Assembly: GCA_951406725.2 (NCBI GenBank)
Contig: OX597816.1
Span: 120,342,001 to 120,406,000, forward strand
Source: Octopus vulgaris
Taxonomy: Eukaryota
DNA: 64,000 bases
Direction: 5' to 3'
Of the stretch, positions 56,552 to 64,000 are shown in pieces. The position numbers were made by a program, and so were the translations under genes. The notes under the pieces were generated by a model. It made no database searches. It saw only the letters and a list, made by a program, of their open reading frames with translations, and was not told the origin of the DNA. Every line of letters starts with the position of its first letter. Within the stretch, counting starts at the first letter, position 1.

Positions 56552-56650
56552 CGCCAGTAAAAAAGAAATTCAAGTCTCAACTTTACGCAGGAAAAAGTTA
56601 TGCTAACTGTTTGGGGAATGCAAAAGGGCCTATACTGGAATATTAACTGG
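56552..56650 (+). mobile_element. Short mariner transposase fragment
   Basis: Reads PVKKKFKSQLYAGKVMLTVW. Confidence 0.6.
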
Positions 56651-57204
56651 ATTTAAGCTGTTCCATCTCATTCCTTACGAAAATCTAATGACTTACTACC
56701 TCTATATAGATAAATGATAAATAAAAAAGTTCCTTTCTAGCTTCTAATCTTTTGTCTCTGTCATCATACACACACACATGCACATATACACATACATACA
56801 CACATACTCACACGTATATATATACTTACATACACAATACACATACACACACACACATATATATACATACATATATATAATGTATGTGTGTGTGTGTGTG
56901 TGTGTGCAAAGGTTGAATTATATTTCGTCCTTTAATTTGGAGGGTTCCATTTCTAATAAAGATTCTTCGTATTTTGCTGGTAGCTTACAGGCGTAAATTT
57001 GCGAATATGAAAATAATACTTGTATATGATGTGCTAAGTGAATTTATGGAAAGGTATCCCATAGAACTTAACAAATTTGTTAAAAATGGAGATGTTAAAA
57101 TTTGAAAGAATTATAATACATGCATACGATCGTTTCAAACAGTGATATTAGAACATGCAAATTCATGGTAGAGTAACTAAATTAATTAATTAATTAATTA
57201 ATAA

Positions 57205-58312
57205 GTATTGTATGTATAATGTAACTACTATAATTTCTTGTTTATATCGTAGTTTATGAAGATTTGTGAAATTTTGAACAGGCCATGCATATTTCAGTCA
57301 GTTAAAAAAATAGAAATGTTAGATTTGAGCGTGGGTGAATAAATGAGAGTGTATTGAAGTTAAAGAGTTAACTTAATCGTGTTTGAGTTATGTCTAGTAT
57401 TTGTGGCTATCATACCATAAGTTGGCTTTCCTCATTTTCTTCTTAGTCCTTTCAATGATATTCTACGACTTGCTCCTATAGAGTGGGCAAATCCCATTCC
57501 TATCCTTACGTATGATAGTTTCCAATTTCCTCTTGGCTCCTTTATATACACTGATCCTATCAAATACAATGAGCATGGGCGAAATTAAAAATATAGAAAG
57601 GCGACAATTTACCCATCGATCATGTATATATATATATATATATATAGGAATAAAAAATGGAGTCAACGCAGGTTTAAACAATTTCGATACCATATGACAA
57701 AGGCAAGAAATTCTGTCTTCTCTGCAATTCTGAGCTATTTTTCATTATTTTTTCTAAAAATACTCTAGTAAACACGGTTATAGAACGAGCATACAGATGT
57801 AAGCATTGGCAAAAGCATACTTTTAGTGCATATAAGTAGTCTCTATCATTATATATAGTTTAGACTTTAATTTCCTTTATATTTAACATTCACTATTAAT
57901 ATCCCTACTCTTTCTGTTAGCTACTTATGACGTTATATCATATAACGTTTTTTTAAACAATATTAATAGCGTTCTGTCTATCGCTATACGAATCCATCAT
58001 TTTTTGCTAAAATGTCGTATTGACAAGTTTCGTTTTTTCACTTTCCCGAAGAGAAGATTGCATTGTTTATACCTTTTATTCTTTTGAATAAGTATCAGTG
58101 GAATTTTTGAAACATATGTAGAAAGAAAAAATACTTGTTTAAACCTGCGTTGACTCCATTTTTTATTCCTATTATTCAAATATTCAACGTAAACACGAAG
58201 TTTCAACCTTTATAAACAAGGAGTTACAACATCTTTACTTGTGAGATTTTGCTGCCCTGGTAACTATTCATTCATTTATCCGTGTTAATTGTTAACAAGG
58301 TAAAATACACTC

Positions 58313-58406
<94 letters not shown>

Positions 58407-58760
58407 CGTGTGTGTGCATGTGTCTGGAATACATAAATAGATGCACGAATGTTATTGTTTGGTTTAGAACTCTACGTAGATTATCAGCGTCCATATAGGT
58501 ATGGATGTTGTGCGTGTATATATGTATGTATATTTGTGTCTGCCTCTGTGTGTGTTTGCATGAATGTATGTTTGTATGTATAATATAAGTACGATAATTT
58601 CTTGTTTATATTGTAGCTTACGAAAACTTGTGAAATTTTGGACAGGCCATGCATAATTCAGTCCGTTTTAAAAAATAGAAATGTTAGAAGATTTGAGCGT
58701 GGGTGAATAAATGAGAGTGTATTGAAGTAAAAGAGTTAACTTAATCTTCTTTGAGTTAAG
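57205..58760 (+). repeat. ~185 bp direct duplication (57205-57390 and 58571-58760)
   Basis: Both copies share TTGTGAAATTTTG.ACAGGCCATGCAT..GATTTGAGCGTGGGTGAATAAATGAGAGTGTATTGAAGT.AAAGAGTTAACTTAATC. Confidence 0.85.
57393..57557 (-). mobile_element. Second fragment of the same PLE family
   Basis: Matches 55632-55795 (RKxETIIRKDRxGICPLY). Confidence 0.85.
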
Positions 58761-61700
58761 TTTGAAATTATCGATATAACTGTTCACGATAAAATGGAAT
58801 GTCAGTGACAGTAAATGAATAAAATATACATTTGTTCCTATTTACTCGTAGTATATTTTCAGTAATATCTCCCCTGAAGGAACTTGTACTTATTTTCCCC
58901 AGTAAGTCTATAGATGCCCATAGAAATAATTGTGATACACGGAAACAGTGAAATATCTGCAGTATTCCAAGTGTTAGTAATTCAATATCTTATGCATTTC
59001 GTTATTAGTATGTTACATTTTCAAAATACCTACATGCTAGGAATCCTACGAAATACCTCATATAATGCTTGATGGAGGATCCGAGAGAAAAAAATTCCCG
59101 TAAAAGTTTTGCAATTTATGTAAGCGTGTTTCTGTATATATATACAAAATAGAAATATTATTTCTAAATCTCTCAAAGAGAGATATATAGTAACAGTACC
59201 ACAAAGTAATGACTTTTTGCCAGCATAATGTGGCAGTCCCAGGATGGGACGAATTTTACAGTTATTTAGCCCCAGGAAACATCGTTTCCAGCTGGCTAAA
59301 CGACACAAAAAATTGTGTTCTATTTTCGAACAGGGGGAGATCAGCACCTCCATCCAGCACAACCTTGCAACCACGGACCGGTTTCTGGGTTATAGCTCTT
59401 GATCAGCGTGGTGTAGCTTGGTTGGGAAGATGGATTCTTTATTATGATTATGCAATCAATACACAGATGGGGCATTATAGGACGAAACGATTACAAAAAT
59501 GTTAAAATGAGTTCGAATGAACGTTAAAAATTTAGATATAATTTATATAGGTTACTTGACTTTCCGGTATTCTTTTTTTTAAGCATAAAAAAAAAATTTC
59601 AAAATACATACCCAGCAGCTTGTAAGACCCAGCAACTATCTTTTTACCTTTCATTGATGATTAAGCTGGGTTACTGACACTCACCTTTCTCATCACATCC
59701 TTCCAACGTTTCTCATACTCTCTCTGCGGCAGGGTCTTCCTCTCCAGCCCCATCTTACCAAGGATACCTGGTATAATTTTGACGGAGCTCCAATCACTCA
59801 GATCATGTAAAGTGCTAGAGTCTGAGGGTGGCTGTATTATATAGAATGTGGGTGTGTATTGTATTTCTTGTTGAGAAAGAGATGGATAGTTTTTGGAATA
59901 GCTGTGAGGGAATGAAATAAGTGAATGAAATAAGGTGAATGAAATAAGGTGCTGTAGAGAGCTGAGGATTGTGAAAGATATAGCTTCTGCAGCGACTGAA
60001 TTAATACGAGATGAATGTGGGAATTGTTTAAAGTCGTATCGAAATAAATAATCTTCACTGTCATATCCGTTCTTTGCTACGTTGAAACAAATTTACTGTT
60101 GAGTTACGAGAATTTAACCAAAGTTTTATGTATTATACTGAGGATAAGTTGTTCCTCGTAATAAACATGTTGCATCAAACAGTAACAATTAATTTGGCGA
60201 AAAAAATCAATATTGATACATTACTTTAGATGATAAAGAACAGAGGCGAAGAATCGATTACTGGAATATCTTGATAGATGTCTTAAATATTGAATGAGTT
60301 TTCTTGCAGAACTCTTGACCTATAATAATAGCTACGAATAAATTGGATAAAAGCTACAACTGTTATTTACACACACACATGCACACAGACGTACACACAC
60401 GCAAGCAGTATGCGCATATAAAAGTCCATATCTTCCCTCCCACAAAGTAATAATGAACTTGTTATTTAAAGTCTTCAGCTTCTAGGGTCCATTATTAGTT
60501 CAAATTTATGTAAACTCAAGTTACATAAGTTTAAAAAAAGAGCATAGTTGAAAGGAAAAGAAATGTTATAATGTTTCCTTTGATAAAATGTAAGGTCACA
60601 TGTGTGAACTTTGTAATGACGAAACAATATCAGCAATGCGCGCGCCCTTTACGGTTAGCGGCTGGTATGATCTTTTGATTGTTACCAACAAATTGGTGAG
60701 GTGGTAGATAATAGATCATTTGTGGGCAAGTAGATCAAAGGAAATCTCTCGAATATATTTAATTTATTCGGACTCAAAGTGTTCTTAAGGTTACCAACAG
60801 CATGAACTTTGAAAAATCAACCCTATGAAGTGATTGGAAAAAAGTAAACATTAAAATTTGAATTTTATAAATATGAAATAACGACATTATAGTATTAAGC
60901 TATTTGACACAATGATTTAAATTTTATATGTTAATCCTATAATAATCACATATTAGGCTGATATTTCTGTTAAATGTACTCAAGTAACATTTTATTTCCA
61001 TATTCTTATCGTTCATATTGAATATTTGAGAAATACAATTTGCAAAAATACAATTTGCAAAAATCGTGTTTCCTGGTTTTTTGCATATTCAAAACAAATA
61101 AATTTTAAAAAGGGACATTGTTAAAAATATCTGTCTGAAGAAGCTAAGCATTATTTCGCTAATTACAAAATATAAAAATTTCACGCTGTAGTAATTCAAC
61201 TAAACATGTGTTTCTTCCATTTCTTGATTTGCATGAAATCTACCTCCTGCTAACAATATGATGGAGTTCCAAGAAAATATTCACTCATTTAATGTCATAA
61301 TTTTAAAATCATATACCGTTTGCTAATTGTTATGCATCTTATGACTTGTTGATAATTTTGATAATTTCCAGTTGTTTCTAATTAATATTGCTTTATCAAA
61401 AGGTTGACACATTTTACAATTTAGTTTCTTGATTAGTTTTGAAAATTTCAATGACATTGAATTCTTGATATTTTTGGAAATGAACTGCTTAGAAAAGTAA
61501 GATTTGATCGTTTCCTTGCTGTTTGCGTTCTTCAATTTTTGCCAGAATTTACTTCGGAAATATCTAGTTTTTAAAAAATATAGATGAAAAAAATAATTTT
61601 GATGAAAAACAGTGAACTTGATAGTCTACCCAAATTTGTCATTATTTCGGGTTTTCAGCTAATTTTTGTTTTTAAATTAGAGAAAATATTGAAAACATCT

Positions 61701-63852
61701 GCAGCAAATTCGTTTTTGTTTTTAAAGTTCTTCAAGTGCTAATTTGAATGTTTTGCGAGAACAACAGAGTTTCAGTAGCTTGTATCTCTGTTGAATCTTC
61801 TCCAATTGAAAGAAATTTAAACAATTGCCAGGAGCCAAGAACTTCATGTATTCTAGGAATGTAAAATTCTTTCAATACAAGTATGTATAAATAATCACCT
61901 AGTTGTAATATAGCGGAGAATTTCGCTAAAATCCATCTATACAAATAAATGAAAATCTTAAAGACTTTTGTATTTTTGCATTTTTTTAATGATGTCTCAA
62001 AATTAGCCATATATTTTTAAACTTTGCAAACTCCAGAGGAAACTATACTTAATTCTTATATAGTTATAAAGCGTAATATTAGCTGTTCCAGGCATTTCTT
62101 GAAGTATTTTAATCAATATTGTTAGAATTTACATGTCACTGATAAGTAAGTTATATTCGGAATAAATTTCTGCCATAGAAAAGATGCATAGTGTCCTTTC
62201 CAATCACAGAGAAGGACATAAACAGATAAGTCTGAATATAAACGATCGTCTTTTCTAAAATAAATAAAAAATAAATAAATAAAAATAAAAGGGACATTTG
62301 GCAACTGAACGATACACACATTTAGTACTAGTCAGAAACCCCAACAAAGATTATATTGGTGAAACAGGATTTGAAAATTCTAAATGTGGGTAGTTATACA
62401 TGGCACGGAACTCTGCTAATGTTATCATTAAATAAATGCACAGTATGAATATGTATATACATTTTAGCCTCTGTCAACCGAATCAGTTGCATATCTATAG
62501 TTTCATTTCATCGTAAATTTCAGTAAAGAAAGCAACAATGAAACTTTCCCAATGTGCCGCGCAGTAGGACTGAATAAGAAACCACATGATTGAAAAGCCT
62601 GTCGTAATAATTTGCTCACTCATAATTTTGGTACTTCCGACAGTGAATAAGTATTAAAGAGAGATAGGAAAGTCAATTAATTACCTAAAGATTCTGGTTT
62701 AATTCCAGTGTTAAAAGGAAAAAAAAAATAGACTTCTTTTTTATGCGCCTACAACTGAAATGCGTTTCAACACGACGCGCTAGAAATCTCTCTTCGTCAT
62801 TAGCTTTGTTATGCCCTATATTTTAACATGTTTTTCTGCAAGTAGCTGTTAATGCATTTGAGTGAACGTCATCATCATTTAGGTTACTGAACTCTCCAAA
62901 ATATAGCATTCCGTATGACCTGGTTTTCGACACAATAATAGTGGCCAGTAAAACAACCAGTGTTTGTGGTTGTTGATGTGGACTACATCCTTTGGCAAAA
63001 TCTTGATCTTATCCAAGACAAAAAACTCACCATCAAGCAGAAGTGATCAAGATATCAGCAGAGCTTGTATCTTTCTAGGCTTGATTATGCTGATGGTTTC
63101 GCTATCATAGCTTAGTTTTGAGATACACAAATGTATTTATTACTCCTGCACGTACAAATCTATAAACGGCAAAATGTCTGTGTATCTGTGTGTCTGTGTG
63201 TCCTTTATACAAATCCACAGTTTTTCATGTAAAAGGCTCGCATTTTCTATGGGTTTCAAAACTGTCTGAGGGTGGTCGTGAAGATGTTTTCATTTCCCCA
63301 GTCACCCCATAAAGACATTAAAAAATCGATAAACCGATCCCTTATGCCCATAAGTTATTTTGCGGCCAAATTCGAGTTATTCGCTTTCTTCTTGTACACA
63401 GTCCCGCTAATTTTTCATGATTATGCCGTTCCAGGTGTGAAAACCGAAGTCCAATGAATATTAATTACTCTCATAAAAAGCCCCAACTAGCTCATAAACA
63501 ACAAAACTGGCCCGGGCTGAAATGTGATAAGAAACTTAGTTCTTGTGATTATATGAGTGTGTATGTGAGTGCAAGTAACAACAATAACACACACACGCAT
63601 ATATATGTGTGTGTGTATGTGTATGTATGTGTATGTGTGTCTGTGTGTGTGTATATATATTTCGTTTTTGGATTTGGTTTGCAAGATTCTTTATATGAGT
63701 TCGTGCGTTGAAGCATATTCTGTTGTGTCTGGGAAGAGTCAATTTCTTTTTGTGCCTTATAATGTAACACGCTCAACGGTAAAATTTCCCCTTATTTCTT
63801 ATTTATATTTTCCTAAAATTTTTTGTTAAAAAACAAAATAAAAACAAACATG

Positions 63853-64000
63853 CAGGTTCAAGGTGCAGCCATCGGTGTAGGTATAGCTGGAGATGTGGCT
63901 GACCTTTTCATGACCTGGTGGGGCAGAAAATTTAAATAAATGTTAGCAGAACAGTCCACAACACTTTTACTCTACAGTAGATCTGTAGATGACATTAATA
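63853..64000 (+). mobile_element. Penelope-like RT core fragment (runs off the window)
   Basis: QVQGAAIGVGIAGDVADLFMTWW...LYSRSVDDIN matches PLE RT motifs B and C, with one stop. Confidence 0.75.

Noticed and set aside
59640-60064. Possible LINE 3' fragments on the minus strand
   Set aside because: The resemblance is faint and there is no diagnostic motif.
62340-62390. KDYIGETG, a GIY-YIG-like motif
   Set aside because: It is an isolated short motif with no supporting frame on either side.
63155-63540. Possible non-autonomous Helitron starting TCTATAAACGG
   Set aside because: I could not confidently locate the 3' hairpin and CTRR end.

Overview
AT-rich, microsatellite-dense eukaryotic DNA made up almost entirely of transposable-element relics. 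The repeat repertoire suggests a cephalopod such as Octopus, which is my inference. I found no convincing host protein-coding gene, and most ORFs in the track are microsatellite or antisense artefacts. The window holds at least five families of R4/Dong-clade RLE non-LTR retrotransposons sitting in (TAA)n-type arrays, all on the + strand. It also holds several mariner/Tc1/pogo relics (including an inverted pair of full-length mariners), hAT and foldback MITEs, three SINE families, L1/Tx1-like fragments and Penelope-like (PLE) fragments. The most notable signal is a set of hammerhead ribozyme (HHR) motifs from several unrelated repeat families. One is a textbook type I HHR at 317-407. Another is a ~340 bp element at 23119-23458 in which a tRNA-like Pol III head runs, with no terminator, into a minimal PLE-type hammerhead, making it a candidate SINE-ribozyme hybrid. 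All coordinates were read by eye and boundaries are approximate.
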